The notes beneath the pieces are model-generated. The model was not told the DNA's origin. It did not search any database and saw only the letters and a list, made by a program, of their open reading frames with translations. From the NCBI RefSeq assembly GCF_041886205.1, contig NZ_CP169029.1: a DNA stretch of 64,000 bases; one strand, given 5' to 3'. Of the stretch, positions 19,578-32,238 are shown in pieces. The translations under genes and the position numbers were made by a program. The first letter of the stretch is position 1, and each line of letters opens with the position of its first letter. Source of the DNA: Escherichia coli (lineage in GTDB: Bacteria > Pseudomonadota > Gammaproteobacteria > Enterobacterales > Enterobacteriaceae).

Positions 19578-20510
19578 TTAGTTTTCCAGTACTCGTGCGC
19601 CCGCCGTATCCAGCCGGCAAATATGAACAAAACCTTCCTGATTTTGCAGGTAGTTCTTACCCAACCAGTCGGCAACGCGCTGGGCGGTATCCGGCTTGTC
19701 ACACAGAGCGAACAAGGTCGGGCCGGAGCCGGAGATACCGCTCGCTACCGCGCCGATTTCCGCGACCGCCTGCCGCGCCTGCCGGAAGCCTGGCAGTAAT
19801 CGTTCACGGTAGGGTTCAGCGATAACATCTTTCATCAGCTTCGCGGCAAGCTCAGGCTGACGGGAATAGCAGGCGTGAATGAAGCCTGCCAGATGTCGCC
19901 CGTGCGCAATGCAATCCTGGCGGCGATACTGCGCCGGTAAAATAGCCCGGGCTTCTGCCGTCGAGACTTTAATCCCCGGATACGCCAGCACCCACAGCCA
20001 CTCATCAAACCCAGGCACTTGCTGGCTGATGATGTCGTTTTCTTCGATCATCAACTGCATACCACCTAGAAAACACGGTGCCACGTTGTCGTAATGAATG
20101 CTGCCGGAGATACGTCCTTCCAGCTCGCCCATCAAAGCCAGCAAACGAGTGTCATTAAGCGGCTTGCCGCAGTGTTCATTCATCGCCATCAGCGCCGCGA
20201 CCACCGAACAGGCGCTGGAGCCTAAGCCCGAACCGATCGGCATATTCTTTTCCAGAGTCATCGCCACTGGAATTTGCTTGCCAAGCTCCTGGCAAAAACG
20301 CTCCCAGCACTGATAAACGATATTTTCCCGTGGTTCTGACGGCAGCTTATCGGCAAAGCGCCCGAGGTTGTTGAGACTGAATATCTCTGCCGCCTCAACC
20401 GTAACTACATCTCCGAGCAATGCACCATCAACGGGTGTCACCGCCGCCCCGAGCACATCAAACCCGACGCTCATATTGGCACTGGAAGCCGGAGCATAAA
20501 CTTTAACCAT
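19578..20510 (-). CDS. thrB: Homoserine kinase
   Basis: 310-aa [42 protein letters not shown]...; abuts thrC. Confidence 0.98.
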   Translation of the reverse strand: MVKVYAPASSANMSVGFDVLGAAVTPVDGALLGDVVTVEAAEIFSLNNLGRFADKLPSEPRENIVYQCWERFCQELGKQIPVAMTLEKNMPIGSGLGSSACSVVAALMAMNEHCGKPLNDTRLLALMGELEGRISGSIHYDNVAPCFLGGMQLMIEENDIISQQVPGFDEWLWVLAYPGIKVSTAEARAILPAQYRRQDCIAHGRHLAGFIHACYSRQPELAAKLMKDVIAEPYRERLLPGFRQARQAVAEIGAVASGISGSGPTLFALCDKPDTAQRVADWLGKNYLQNQEGFVHICRLDTAGARVLEN

Positions 20511-20511
20511 G

Positions 20512-22974
20512 TCAGACTCCTAACTTCCATGAGAGGGTACGTAGCAGATCGGCAAAGACACCGGCAGCGGTAACGTCATTGCCCGCACCATATCCGCGCA
20601 GCACCAACGGCAGCGGCTGATAATAGTGGCTATAGAAGGCCAGGGCGTTTTCGCCATTTTTCACTTTGAACAGCGGATCATTACCATCCACTTCGGCAAT
20701 CTTCACGCGGCAGACGCCATCTTCATCAATATTGCCAACATAGCGCAAAACTTTTCCTTCATCACGGGCCTTCGCCACGCGCGCGGCAAAGAGATCGTCG
20801 AGCTGTGACAGATTCGCCATAAAAGCGGCAACATCACCCTCGGCGTTAAACTCTGCGGGCAGCACTGGTTCAATTTCAATATCCGCCAACTCCAGTTCAC
20901 GTCCCGTTTCACGAGCGAGAATCAATAGCTTACGCGCCACATCCATACCAGAAAGATCATCTCGCGGATCCGGTTCGGTATAACCCATTTCCCGCGCCAG
21001 CGTAGTCGCCTCGGAGAAACTCATGCCTTCGTCTAACTTGCCGAAGATATAAGAAAGCGAACCTGAAAGAATGCCGGAGAACTTCATCAATTCATCACCA
21101 GCATTGAGCAGATTTTGCAGGTTCTCAATAACCGGTAATCCAGCCCCAACGTTAGTGTCATAGAGGAATTTACGCCGCGATTTTTCCGCCGCATGACGCA
21201 ACAGATGGTAGTAATCCATCGACGAGGTGTTGGCCTTTTTGTTCGGCGTGACAACGTGGAAACCTTCGCGCAGGAAGTCGGCATATTGATCCGCCACTGC
21301 CTGGCTGGAGGTGCAGTCAACAATGACCGGGTTCAGCAGATGATATTCTTTCACGAGGCGAATTAAGCGCCCGAGATTAAACGGCTCTTTGGCTTGCGCC
21401 AGTTCTTCCTGCCAGTTTTCCAGATTTAGGCCATGCACATTGGTGAGCAGTGCCTTCGAGTTGGCAACACCGCAGACACGTAAGTCGATATGTTTATTCT
21501 TCAGCCAGCTTTGTTGACGCTTCAGTTGCTCCAGCAGCGCACCGCCAACGCCACCGACGCCAATCACAAATACTTCGATAACCTGATCGGTATTGAACAG
21601 CATCTGATGAGTAACGCGCACGCCAGTGGTCGCATCATCGTTATTTACCACGACAGAGATTGAGCGTTCAGAAGATCCCTGAGCAATGGCGACAATGTTG
21701 ATATTGGCGCGGGCCAGCGCGGCAAAGAATTTCGCCGAGATCCCACGCAAGGTGCGCATACCATCACCTACCACCGAGATAATGGCCAGCCGTTCCGTCA
21801 CCGCCAGCGGCTCCAGTAAGCCTTCTTTCAGTTCCAGGTAGAACTCTTCCTGCATTGCCCGTTCAGCTCGCACACAGTCGCTTTGTGGAACGCAGAAACT
21901 GATACTGTATTCGGAAGATGATTGCGTGATCAGCACCACAGAAATACGGGCGCGTGACATCGCTGCAAAGACGCGCGCCGCCATGCCGACCATTCCTTTC
22001 ATCCCCGGGCCGGAAACGCTGAACATTGCCATGTTATTCAGATTGGAAATGCCCTTGACCGGTAATTCGTCTTCATCACGGCTGGCACCAATGAGCGTAC
22101 CTGGTGCTTGAGGATTTCCGGTATTTTTAATCAGGCAAGGGATCTGGAACTGGGCGATGGGGGTAATTGTGCGGGGGTGAAGAACTTTAGCGCCGAAGTA
22201 GGAAAGCTCCATCGCTTCCTGGTAGGACATCGACTTCAACAACCTCGCATCGGGCACCTGACGCGGGTCGCAGGTATAGACCCCGTCAACGTCCGTCCAA
22301 ATCTCGCAACAATCGGCGCGTAAACAGGCAGCCAGCACCGCCGCGGAGTAGTCGGAACCGTTACGTCCAAGCACCACCAGTTCGCCTTTTTCATTACCGG
22401 CGGTGAAACCTGCCATCAACACCATGTGATCAGCCGGAATGCGGCTTGCCGCAATACGGCGGGTGGACTCAGCAATATCGACGGTAGATTCGAGGTAATG
22501 CCCCACTGCCAGCAGTTTTTCGACCGGATCGATAACGGTAACGTTGTGACCGCGCGCTTCTAATACGCCGGCCATAATGGCGATCGACATTTTCTCGCCA
22601 CGGCAAATCAGCGCAGCGTTGATGCTATCCGGGCACTGCCCCAACAAACTAATGCCATGCAGGACATGTTTTATTTGGGCAAATTCCTGATCGACGAAAG
22701 TTTTCAATTGCGCCAGCGGGAACCCCGGCTGGGCGGCGGCGAGTCCCGTCAAAAGTTCGGCAAAAATACGTTCGGCATCGCTGATATTGGGTAAAGCATC
22801 CTGGCCGCTAATGGTTTTTTCAATCATCGCCACCAGGTGGTTGGTGATTTTGGCGGGGGCAGAGAGGACGGTGGCCACCTGCCCCTGCCTGGCATTGCTT
22901 TCCAGAATATCGGCAACACGCAGAAAACGTTCTGCATTTGCCACTGATGTACCGCCGAACTTCAACACTCGCAT
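20512..22974 (-). CDS. thrA: Bifunctional aspartokinase I / homoserine dehydrogenase I
   Basis: [47 protein letters not shown]...; track ORF 20512..23016 extends through the attenuator, true start at 22974. Confidence 0.98.
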   Translation of the reverse strand: MRVLKFGGTSVANAERFLRVADILESNARQGQVATVLSAPAKITNHLVAMIEKTISGQDALPNISDAERIFAELLTGLAAAQPGFPLAQLKTFVDQEFAQIKHVLHGISLLGQCPDSINAALICRGEKMSIAIMAGVLEARGHNVTVIDPVEKLLAVGHYLESTVDIAESTRRIAASRIPADHMVLMAGFTAGNEKGELVVLGRNGSDYSAAVLAACLRADCCEIWTDVDGVYTCDPRQVPDARLLKSMSYQEAMELSYFGAKVLHPRTITPIAQFQIPCLIKNTGNPQAPGTLIGASRDEDELPVKGISNLNNMAMFSVSGPGMKGMVGMAARVFAAMSRARISVVLITQSSSEYSISFCVPQSDCVRAERAMQEEFYLELKEGLLEPLAVTERLAIISVVGDGMRTLRGISAKFFAALARANINIVAIAQGSSERSISVVVNNDDATTGVRVTHQMLFNTDQVIEVFVIGVGGVGGALLEQLKRQQSWLKNKHIDLRVCGVANSKALLTNVHGLNLENWQEELAQAKEPFNLGRLIRLVKEYHLLNPVIVDCTSSQAVADQYADFLREGFHVVTPNKKANTSSMDYYHLLRHAAEKSRRKFLYDTNVGAGLPVIENLQNLLNAGDELMKFSGILSGSLSYIFGKLDEGMSFSEATTLAREMGYTEPDPRDDLSGMDVARKLLILARETGRELELADIEIEPVLPAEFNAEGDVAAFMANLSQLDDLFAARVAKARDEGKVLRYVGNIDEDGVCRVKIAEVDGNDPLFKVKNGENALAFYSHYYQPLPLVLRGYGAGNDVTAAGVFADLLRTLSWKLGV

Positions 22975-23000
22975 GGTTGTTACCTCGTTACCTTTGGTCG

Positions 23001-23036
23001 AAAAAAAAGCCCGCACTGTCAGGTGCGGGCTTTTTT
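23001..23036 (-). terminator. thr attenuator
   Basis: Minus strand GCCCGCACCTGACAGTGCGGGC hairpin followed by a run of 8 T, between thrL and thrA. Confidence 0.9.
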
Positions 23037-23054
23037 CTGTGTTTCCTGTACGCG

Positions 23055-23123
<69 letters not shown>

Positions 23124-23333
23124 TGTTGTGTACTCTGTAATTTTTATCTGTCTGTGCGCTATGCCTATATTGGTTAAAGTATTTAGTGACCTAAGTCAAT
23201 AAAATTTTAATTTACTCACGGCAGGTAACCAGTTCAGAAGCTGCTATCAGACACTCTTTTTTTAATCCACACAGAGACATATTGCCCGTTGCAGTCAGAA
23301 TGAAAAGCTGAAAAATACTTACTAAGGCGTTTT

Positions 23334-24020
23334 TTATTTGGTGATATTTTTTTCAATATCATGCAGCAAACGGTGCAACATTGCCGTGTCTCGTTGCTCT
23401 AAAAGCCCCAGGCGTTGTTGTAACCAGTCGACCAGTTTTATGTCATCTGCCACTGCCAGAGTCGTCAGCAATGCCATGACTCGTTCGCGTAAAGCTTGCA
23501 GTTGATGTTGGTCTGCCGTTGTGTCACTTTTCGTCGGTTGTTGTATTAATGTTGCTAATTGATAGCAATAGACCATCACTGCCTGCCCCAGATTGAGCGA
23601 AGGATAATCCGCCACCATCGGCACACCAGTAAGAACGTCAGCCAACGCTAACTCTTCGTTAGTCAACCCGGAATCTTCGCGACCAAACACCAGCGCGGCA
23701 TGGCTCATCCATGAAGATTTTTCCTCTAACAGCGGCACCAGTTCAACTGGCGTGGCGTAGTAATGATATTTCGCCCGACTGCGCGCAGTGGTGGCGACAG
23801 TGAAATCGACATCGTGTAACGATTCAACCAGTGTCGGGAAAACTTTAATATTATCAATAATATCACCAGATCCATGTGCGACCCAGCGAGTGGCTGGCTC
23901 CAGATGTGCCTGACTATCGACAATCCGCAGTTCGCTAAACCCCATCGTTTTCATTGCCCGCGCCGCTGCCCCAATATTTTCTGCTCTGGCGGGTGCGACC
24001 AGAATAATCGTTATACGCAT
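23334..24020 (-). CDS. lasT: SpoU-family tRNA/rRNA 2'-O-methyltransferase LasT (YjtD)
   Basis: MRITIILVAPARAENIGAAARAMKTMGFSELRIVDSQAHLEPATRWVAHGSGD...; track ORF 23334..24041 has a 7-codon extension. Confidence 0.9.
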   Translation of the reverse strand: MRITIILVAPARAENIGAAARAMKTMGFSELRIVDSQAHLEPATRWVAHGSGDIIDNIKVFPTLVESLHDVDFTVATTARSRAKYHYYATPVELVPLLEEKSSWMSHAALVFGREDSGLTNEELALADVLTGVPMVADYPSLNLGQAVMVYCYQLATLIQQPTKSDTTADQHQLQALRERVMALLTTLAVADDIKLVDWLQQRLGLLEQRDTAMLHRLLHDIEKNITK

Positions 24021-24419
24021 ATTGCCACTCTTCTTGACCAAATGACCGCGAACAGGGTGATCACTGTCAACTTATTACGCGGTGCGAATTTACAAATCCT
24101 TAACGCAAGTCGCAGAAAAAGCCCTTTACTTAGCTTAAAAAAGGCTAAACTATTTCCTGACTGTACTAACGGTTGAATTGTTAAAAAATGCTACATATCC
24201 TTCTGTTTACTTAGGATAATTTTATAAAAAATAAATCTCGACAATTGGATTCACCACGTTTATTAGTTGTATGATGCAACTAGTTGGATTATTAAAATAA
24301 TGTGACGAAAGCTAGCATTTAGATACGATGATTTCATCAAACTGTTAACGTGCTACAATTGAACTTGATATATGTCAACGAAGCGTAGTTTTATTGGGTG
24401 TCCGGCCCCTCTTAGCCTG

Positions 24420-24560
24420 TTATGTTGCTGTTAAAATGGTTAGGATGACAGCCGTTTTTGACACTGTCGGGTCCTGAGGGAAAGTACCCACGACCAAGCT
24501 AATGATGTTGTTGACGTTGATGGAAAGTGCATCAAGAACGCAATTACGTACTTTAGTCAT
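24420..24560 (-). CDS. yjjY: Small protein YjjY
   Basis: 46-aa minus-strand ORF MTKVRNCVLDALSINVNNIISLVVGTFPQDPTVSKTAVILTILTAT translated by hand; below the track's length cutoff. Confidence 0.7.
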   Translation of the reverse strand: MTKVRNCVLDALSINVNNIISLVVGTFPQDPTVSKTAVILTILTAT

Positions 24561-24655
24561 GTTACGCCGATCATGTTAATTTGCAGCATGCATCAGGCAG
24601 GTCAGGGACTTTTGTACTTCCTGTTTCGATTTAGTTGGCAATTTAGGTAGCAAAC

Positions 24656-25372
24656 ATGCAGACCCCGCACATTCTTATCGTTGAAGACGAGTTGGTAACA
24701 CGCAACACGTTGAAAAGTATTTTCGAAGCGGAAGGCTATGATGTTTTCGAAGCGACAGATGGCGCGGAAATGCATCAGATCCTCTCTGAATATGACATCA
24801 ACCTGGTGATCATGGATATCAATCTGCCGGGTAAGAACGGTCTTCTGTTAGCGCGTGAACTGCGCGAGCAGGCGAATGTTGCGTTGATGTTCCTGACTGG
24901 CCGTGACAACGAAGTCGATAAAATTCTCGGCCTCGAAATCGGTGCAGATGACTACATCACCAAACCGTTCAACCCGCGTGAACTGACGATTCGTGCACGC
25001 AACCTGCTGTCCCGTACCATGAATCTGGGTACTGTCAGCGAAGAACGTCGTAGCGTTGAAAGCTACAAGTTCAATGGTTGGGAACTGGACATCAACAGCC
25101 GTTCGTTGATCGGCCCTGATGGCGAGCAGTACAAGCTGCCGCGCAGCGAGTTCCGCGCCATGCTTCACTTCTGTGAAAACCCAGGCAAAATTCAGTCCCG
25201 TGCTGAACTGCTGAAGAAAATGACCGGCCGTGAGCTGAAACCACACGACCGTACTGTAGACGTGACGATCCGCCGTATTCGTAAACATTTCGAATCTACG
25301 CCGGATACGCCGGAAATCATCGCCACCATCCACGGTGAAGGTTATCGCTTCTGCGGTGATCTGGAAGATTAA
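24656..25372 (+). CDS. arcA: Aerobic respiration control response regulator ArcA
   Basis: 238-aa [69 protein letters not shown]... Confidence 0.98.
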
Positions 25373-25390
25373 TCGGCGTTACCACCGTCA

Positions 25391-25426
25391 AAAAAAATGG
25401 CGCTTTTTAGCGCCGTTTTTATTTTT
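25391..25426. terminator. Bidirectional intrinsic terminator between convergent arcA and creD
   Basis: aaaaaaaat-GGCGC-ttttta-GCGCC-gtttttatttttc: hairpin flanked by an A-run and a T-run. Confidence 0.7.
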
Positions 25427-25431
25427 CAACC

Positions 25432-26784
25432 TTATTTCCAGATACGTAATTGATCGTCCATTGTAACTTCTTTACTGGCTTTCATTTTCGGCAGTGAAAA
25501 CGCATACCAGTCGATATTACGAGTCACAAACATCATGCCGGCCAGCGCCACCACCAGCACACTGGTTCCCAACAACAGCGCGCTATCGGCAGAGTTGAGC
25601 AGTCCCCACATCACACCATCCAGCAACAACAGCGCGAGGGTAAACAACATGCTGTTGCGCCAGCCTTTCAATACCGCCTGCAAATAAATACCGTTCATTA
25701 ACGCCCCAATCAGACTGGCGATTATCCATGCCACGGTAAAACCGATATGTTCAGAAAGCGCCAGCAAGAGCAAATAAAACATCACCAATGAAAGCCCCAC
25801 CAGCAAATATTGCATTGGGTGTAAACGTTGCGCGGTGAGCGTTTCAAAAACAAAGAACGCCATAAAAGTCAGTGCAATCAGCAGAATGGCGTACTTAGTC
25901 GCCCGGTCCGTTAATTGGTATTGATCGGCTGGCGTCGTCACTGCGACGCTAAACGCGGGGAAGTTTTCCCAGCCGGTATCATTGCCTGAAGCAAAACGCT
26001 CACCGAGATTATTAGCAAACCAGCTGCTTTGCCATTGCGCCTGAAAACCTGACTCGCTAACTTCCCGTTTGGCTGGCAAAAAATCACCTAAAAAACTGGG
26101 ATGCGGCCAGTTGCTGGTTAAGGTCATTTCGCTATTACGCCCGGCAGGCACCACAGAAAGATCGCCGGTACCGCTTAAATTCAGGGCCATATTCAGCTTC
26201 AGGTTCTGCTTCCGCCAGTCCCCTTCGGGTAAAGGGATATGCACGCCCTGCCCGCCTTGCTCTAACCCGGTGCCGGGTTCAATGGTCAGCGCCGTTCCGT
26301 TAACTTCAGGCGCTTTCACCACACCAATACCACGCGCATCCCCGACGCTAATCACAATAAAGGGCTTGCCTAAGATGATATTTGGCGCGTTGAGCTCGCT
26401 AAGACGCGAAACATCGAAATCGGCTTTTAGCGTTAAATCACTGTGCCAGACCTGACCGGTATAAATCCCTATCTTGCGTTCTTCCACGTTCTGATTGCCA
26501 TCAACCATCAATGACTCAGGTAACCAAAAATGGATAAAACTTCGTTTCCGCTCCACGGTTTTATCCTCTTCCTGCACCGTATAAAGCTCGGTCACAGGAA
26601 TAGCGATAAGCGGCCCAACGAGTTTTTGCGGCCCGCTGGTACTTTGGCGAATCGCATCTTCCACATCGCTACGGTAATCGGCACGTTCGACAATCACTTG
26701 CCGAATCAGCATTATCGGAATCAACAACAGCAATACTGCACCAAACAAGGTGGTCATTTTCCAGAACAGGGGGGATTTCAACAT
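25432..26784 (-). CDS. creD: Inner membrane protein CreD
   Basis: 450-aa MLKSPLFWKMTTLFGAVLLLLIPIMLIRQVIVERADYRSDVEDAIRQS... Confidence 0.95.
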   Translation of the reverse strand: MLKSPLFWKMTTLFGAVLLLLIPIMLIRQVIVERADYRSDVEDAIRQSTSGPQKLVGPLIAIPVTELYTVQEEDKTVERKRSFIHFWLPESLMVDGNQNVEERKIGIYTGQVWHSDLTLKADFDVSRLSELNAPNIILGKPFIVISVGDARGIGVVKAPEVNGTALTIEPGTGLEQGGQGVHIPLPEGDWRKQNLKLNMALNLSGTGDLSVVPAGRNSEMTLTSNWPHPSFLGDFLPAKREVSESGFQAQWQSSWFANNLGERFASGNDTGWENFPAFSVAVTTPADQYQLTDRATKYAILLIALTFMAFFVFETLTAQRLHPMQYLLVGLSLVMFYLLLLALSEHIGFTVAWIIASLIGALMNGIYLQAVLKGWRNSMLFTLALLLLDGVMWGLLNSADSALLLGTSVLVVALAGMMFVTRNIDWYAFSLPKMKASKEVTMDDQLRIWK

Positions 26785-26841
26785 AGTCTTCTCCTTTGCA
26801 ATGGCAGCAGGATACGAAGGCTATGTGGGAAGAATTTGAAG

Positions 26842-28266
26842 CTATGTGAAGTGACGGTGAAGTCGAAGCGAGGCCAGCACGCCACCTTCCTGCACGTTGC
26901 GCAGCGTGACTTCGCCGTTAAACAAACGGGCAACCTCACTGACGAACGCCAACCCCAGACCGCTGCTTTTTTGCCCATTTGCACGCGGCAAAGAGTAAAA
27001 GCGTTCAAAAATACGTGACAGCGCGTAGTCAGGAATACCACTACCGGTATCCAGCACCTTAAGGGCGACGTGTTCCTGATCCACTTCGGCGCTTAGCGTT
27101 ATGCGACCGCTCTCGGGGGTAAAATCGATGGCGTTATCCAGTAAATTCCCCAGCGCCTGCTCCAGTAACGCCGGTTCAGCAGCAACATTAACCTCAGTGG
27201 GCATAACATGTAGAGTGATGTTTTTTTCTGCCAACTGCACGGTGCGCGCTTCGCTGACGCGGCGAAATAATGCCGCCACATCAACAACAGTCAGAACGAC
27301 TTCCTGACGATTCTCCAGTCTTGCCTGGCGTAGTAACGTTTCTACCAATGCCTGCATACGCGCATTTTGCGTCAGAATGTTGTCGGTAAAACGAGCCACC
27401 ACTTCCGGTGGCGGACCTTCGCGTAAAATTTCCGCCGCGCCACGAATCGCCGCCAGTGGGCTTTTTAGCTCATGGGTTAACGCATAAACATACTGCTCAA
27501 TATAGTTTTTCCCTTCCAGCTTCACGCGCATACTTTCCAGCGCCTGCGCAAGCTTACGCAACTCGCTACTGCCGAGTTCAGGAAGAGGAACGGGCTTATT
27601 GTCAGTGACGGAATCGGCATAGCGAGTGAGCCGGGCAATGGAGCGGTTGATCCACCAAACCATGCCTGCGCCAATCACCAGTGCAATCCCCAGCAAAATG
27701 GCGCTGGCCCATAAAATTCGCCGCTCGCTACGCTTAATGACCGGAGCCATCGCCGCGTTCGGTTTGCCTACGCTCAAAACGCCAATAAGCCGCGAGCCGT
27801 CCATAATCGGCGCGGCAACATACATCACCGAACTTTCGGGATCGGCAGGATTTTGCAACGTGCTGCGCGCACCATACTGACCACGCAACGTTAGCCAGAC
27901 GTCATTCCAGCGCGAATAATCCTGCCCAACGGCTTTATTTGCCGAATCGAACAATACTTTACCCTGCGAATCGGTCATATAGACATGATATTCATTGCGC
28001 ACTTTGTTAATGCCACCGATATTGGCGCGAAACGGGCGATGTTGTAGCTGATTAAACGCCTGCGCCAGTTGCCCATGCGTTGGGTCCCCAGAGAGCAAAT
28101 CGGGACGCGCCAGCTCCGCCAGCAACGTTGCGGTATCGATTAACGTCCCCTCCGTTGCTCTTCGCACGCCCGGTTTAACTTCTTTGACAAAAATAGCCAG
28201 TACGAACCAGGCCGCCACCGCCACCAGTAAAAAATAGCCCAGCAGCAACCGCATGCCGATACGCAT
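26842..28266 (-). CDS. creC: Sensor histidine kinase CreC
   Basis: 474-aa MRIGMRLLLGYFLLVAVAAWFVLAIFVKEVKPGVRRATEG...; HisKA/HATPase motifs. Confidence 0.96.
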   Translation of the reverse strand: MRIGMRLLLGYFLLVAVAAWFVLAIFVKEVKPGVRRATEGTLIDTATLLAELARPDLLSGDPTHGQLAQAFNQLQHRPFRANIGGINKVRNEYHVYMTDSQGKVLFDSANKAVGQDYSRWNDVWLTLRGQYGARSTLQNPADPESSVMYVAAPIMDGSRLIGVLSVGKPNAAMAPVIKRSERRILWASAILLGIALVIGAGMVWWINRSIARLTRYADSVTDNKPVPLPELGSSELRKLAQALESMRVKLEGKNYIEQYVYALTHELKSPLAAIRGAAEILREGPPPEVVARFTDNILTQNARMQALVETLLRQARLENRQEVVLTVVDVAALFRRVSEARTVQLAEKNITLHVMPTEVNVAAEPALLEQALGNLLDNAIDFTPESGRITLSAEVDQEHVALKVLDTGSGIPDYALSRIFERFYSLPRANGQKSSGLGLAFVSEVARLFNGEVTLRNVQEGGVLASLRLHRHFT

Positions 28267-28955
28267 TACAGGCCCCTCAGGCTATATCCCATGCCGCGAT
28301 GAGTATTAATCGGTGAAAGATCGGGGTTGATGGCGCGCAGCTTGGCACGCAACGTTTTAATGTGGGTATCAATGGTGCGATCGTAGGTGTCCTGCGCATC
28401 TTCCCACACGCTATCCATTAGTTGCTGGCGGGACCAGACGCGGCCTGGCGACTTGAGTAACGTCTTCAGCAATAAAAACTCATACCGCGTCAGCGTTAAT
28501 GGCGTGTCAAACCAGCTGATCTGCGCCGCGGGTTCATTCAATTCAAAATGACCAATACGGATGACGGGAGACGGCGACGAGAACTTCTTCACCCGACGCA
28601 GTAAGGTGCGCACCCTGGCGCACACTTCGCGGGGTGAAAACGGTTTAGCCACATAGTCGTCAGCGCCAATTTCCAGCCCAAGCAGGCGATCGACCTCTTC
28701 ACTTCGGGCCGTCAGGAACAGTACAGGTAACGCCGGATGGAGCGCCAGTAACTGGCGGCATAATTCAAAGCCGCTGATATCAGGCAAACCAACATCGAGA
28801 ATCATGACGTCGGGAGCCTGCTGGCGAGCTTTATCCAGCACCGGCAAGCCTCGCTCAAAGACCTCGACGGCAAAACCTTCCTGCTGCAACATGTAGACCA
28901 GCGTGTCGGCTATCCCTTGCTCATCTTCCACTAACCAGACCGTTTCCCGTTGCAT
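28266..28955 (-). CDS. creB: Response regulator CreB
   Basis: 229-aa MQRETVWLVEDEQGIADTLVYMLQQEGFAVEVFERGLPVLDKARQQAPDVMILDVGLPD...; stop overlaps creC start by 1 nt. Confidence 0.96.
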   Translation of the reverse strand: MQRETVWLVEDEQGIADTLVYMLQQEGFAVEVFERGLPVLDKARQQAPDVMILDVGLPDISGFELCRQLLALHPALPVLFLTARSEEVDRLLGLEIGADDYVAKPFSPREVCARVRTLLRRVKKFSSPSPVIRIGHFELNEPAAQISWFDTPLTLTRYEFLLLKTLLKSPGRVWSRQQLMDSVWEDAQDTYDRTIDTHIKTLRAKLRAINPDLSPINTHRGMGYSLRGL

Positions 28956-28967
28956 AAATCGCCTCTG

Positions 28968-29441
28968 TTATTGCCGCCACGGCATGACAGGAACCGCGCT
29001 AATCGCGTTTTTCGGCGAACCTTCTACAACTTTGTCGGAGTAAGCCAGATAAGCGAGCGCGTTGCGTTTGGCGTCATAAAAGCGCACGACCTGTAACGAC
29101 TTAAAGACCAGGGACGTGCGTTTTTTGAATACTACCTCGCCCTGAGCTTTGCCGTTTTTAATACGATCCGACAGTTCAATCGGCCCGACTTGCTGACAAG
29201 AAATAGCCGCATCGGAGGTATCTTCCGCCAGACCCAATCCCCCTTTAATACCCCCGGTTTTCGCCCGGCTCACATAACAGGTGACATTTTTCACATCGGG
29301 ATCGTCAAAGGCTTCCACAACAATTTTGTGATCCGGGCCGATCATTTTAAATACGGTGTCGACCGAACCAATCTCTTCTGCATGAGCCAATGGCCCCAGC
29401 ATTATCAGGCTTAAAGACAGGATCAAATGCTTGTATTTCAT
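28968..29441 (-). CDS. creA: CreA periplasmic protein
   Basis: 157-aa [57 protein letters not shown]... Confidence 0.93.
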
Positions 29442-29651
29442 ATTGTTACCATTTTTATCTATTACACGAGCAATTAGTTCGTCACGGTAAATAACATATT
29501 GATTAAGAACAAAATCTCAATACTTTTATTTCCGTCAAGACCTAAAACATACTCTACTAAGAAAAAAACACTGAATGCTAAAACAGCAAAAAATGCTATT
29601 ATCCAATTACCTGATGTCAGGTGCTCGTTGTTGAAAGGATGAGGATATTTT

Positions 29652-30521
29652 ATGGATCAGGCCGGCATTATTCGCGACCTTTTAATCTGGCTGGAAGGTC
29701 ATCTGGATCAGCCCCTGTCGCTCGACAATGTAGCGGCGAAAGCAGGTTATTCCAAGTGGCACTTACAGAGAATGTTTAAAGATGTCACTGGCCATGCTAT
29801 TGGCGCGTATATTCGTGCTCGTCGTTTGTCGAAATCGGCGGTCGCACTACGCCTGACTGCGCGTCCGATTCTGGACATCGCGCTGCAATACCGCTTCGAC
29901 TCTCAACAGACATTTACCCGCGCATTCAAGAAGCAGTTTGCCCAGACTCCTGCACTTTACCGCCGTTCTCCTGAATGGAGCGCCTTTGGTATTCGCCCGC
30001 CGCTGCGTCTGGGTGAATTCACTATGCCAGAGCATAAATTTGTCACCCTGGAAGATACGCCGCTGATTGGTGTTACCCAGAGCTACTCCTGTTCGCTGGA
30101 GCAAATCTCTGATTTCCGCCATGAAATGCGTTATCAGTTCTGGCACGATTTTCTCGGCAACGCGCCGACCATTCCGCCGGTGCTCTACGGCCTGAATGAA
30201 ACGCGTCCGAGTCAGGATAAAGACGACGAACAAGAAGTATTCTATACCACCGCGTTAGCCCAGGATCAGGCAGATGGCTATGTACTGACGGGGCATCCGG
30301 TGATGCTGCAGGGCGGCGAATATGTGATGTTTACCTATGAAGGTCTGGGAACCGGCGTGCAGGAGTTTATCCTGACGGTATATGGAACATGCATGCCAAT
30401 GCTTAACCTGACGCGCCGTAAAGGTCAGGATATTGAGCGATACTACCCGGCAGAAGATGCCAAAGCAGGAGATCGCCCAATTAATCTGCGCTGTGAACTG
30501 CTGATTCCGATCCGTCGTTAA
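29652..30521 (+). CDS. rob: Right-origin-binding protein Rob (AraC/XylS family)
   Basis: 289-aa MDQAGIIRDLLIWLEGHLDQPLSLDNVAAKAGYSKWHLQRMFKDVTGHAIGAYIRARRL... Confidence 0.97.
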   Translation: MDQAGIIRDLLIWLEGHLDQPLSLDNVAAKAGYSKWHLQRMFKDVTGHAIGAYIRARRLSKSAVALRLTARPILDIALQYRFDSQQTFTRAFKKQFAQTPALYRRSPEWSAFGIRPPLRLGEFTMPEHKFVTLEDTPLIGVTQSYSCSLEQISDFRHEMRYQFWHDFLGNAPTIPPVLYGLNETRPSQDKDDEQEVFYTTALAQDQADGYVLTGHPVMLQGGEYVMFTYEGLGTGVQEFILTVYGTCMPMLNLTRRKGQDIERYYPAEDAKAGDRPINLRCELLIPIRR

Positions 30522-31165
30522 CGCTGCAACTCATCTAATGCAGGGGCGTCCAGATGCGAGATGTCCCCTGCGGTTTCAACAACCCAGCCAGACGCCAGCC
30601 ACAGGCTTTCCTGATAATCCACGCGCGAAATAGAACAGTTACGCAGACGTAAGCGGCGCTCTGCCCATGCTGGTAATCCGAGAATCGTACTCACCAGGCA
30701 TCCCAGTGCAATACCATGACTCACCAGCAGCGGTCGGCTTCCCTGCGGTAAGTCCCGGCAAGATTCCAGTGCCGCATTGACGCGATCGCTGAGCTCCTGC
30801 ATTGACTCGCCTTCAGGAATACGCCCGTCAACGGTGCCATTGACCAGCTGCCGACGCCAGTTCTCTTCTTCTTCGGTCAGAGAATCGATATGTCTTTTTT
30901 CCAGCACACCCATGTTTAATTCACGCAGGCGAGAATCAAAGATGATGTCACAGCCGCAGGCCTGGGCGATGATTTCCGCCGTACGCCGGGTGCGTCCTAA
31001 ATCGCTACTGATGATATGCGTAATGCCAAGCTCTTTGGCACGGGTTGCCACCTGCATCGCCTGTTGCTCACCTTTGGCGGTCAGCGGGCTGTCAGACTGG
31101 CCCTGAATACGTCGCTCGGCGTTCCACTGCGTTTCACCGTGGCGGACTAGGTATACCTGTAACAT
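30518..31165 (-). CDS. gpmB: Phosphoglycerate mutase family protein GpmB (YtjC)
   Basis: 215-aa MLQVYLVRHGETQWNAERRIQGQSDSPLTAKGEQQAMQVATRAKELGITHIISSDLGRTRRTAEII...; convergent 4-nt overlap with rob. Confidence 0.96.
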   Translation of the reverse strand: MLQVYLVRHGETQWNAERRIQGQSDSPLTAKGEQQAMQVATRAKELGITHIISSDLGRTRRTAEIIAQACGCDIIFDSRLRELNMGVLEKRHIDSLTEEEENWRRQLVNGTVDGRIPEGESMQELSDRVNAALESCRDLPQGSRPLLVSHGIALGCLVSTILGLPAWAERRLRLRNCSISRVDYQESLWLASGWVVETAGDISHLDAPALDELQR

Positions 31166-31204
31166 GCTTTTTTTCCGTATACTGCTGTAACGTTAATTTT
31201 CTGA

Positions 31205-31738
<534 letters not shown>

Positions 31739-31740
31739 GA

Positions 31741-31818
31741 CGGATAAGGCGTTCACGCCGCATCCGGCATTCGGTGCACGATGCCTGATGCGACGCTGCC
31801 GCGTCTTATCAGGCCTAC
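31741..31818. repeat. REP element pair
   Basis: ggcgttcacgccgcatccggca ... gcctgatgcgacgctgccgcgtcttatcaggcctac. Confidence 0.8.
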
Positions 31819-31822
31819 AAAA

Positions 31823-32164
<342 letters not shown>

Positions 32165-32238
32165 TTAGCGGGGGAAGCAAAATGCCTCCCCCGGTTGTAC
32201 TCGCTAAAGAGTACGATAGCATATCATAAACGTGCGGA

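Noticed and set aside
20512-23016. N-terminally extended versions of many track ORFs (e.g. thrA 834 aa, talB 338 aa, serB 368 aa, radA 476 aa, osmY 227 aa)
   Set aside because: The track reports stop-to-stop maximal ORFs. The extensions run through attenuators, terminators or neighbouring genes, and the known protein N-termini begin at internal start codons, which were used instead.
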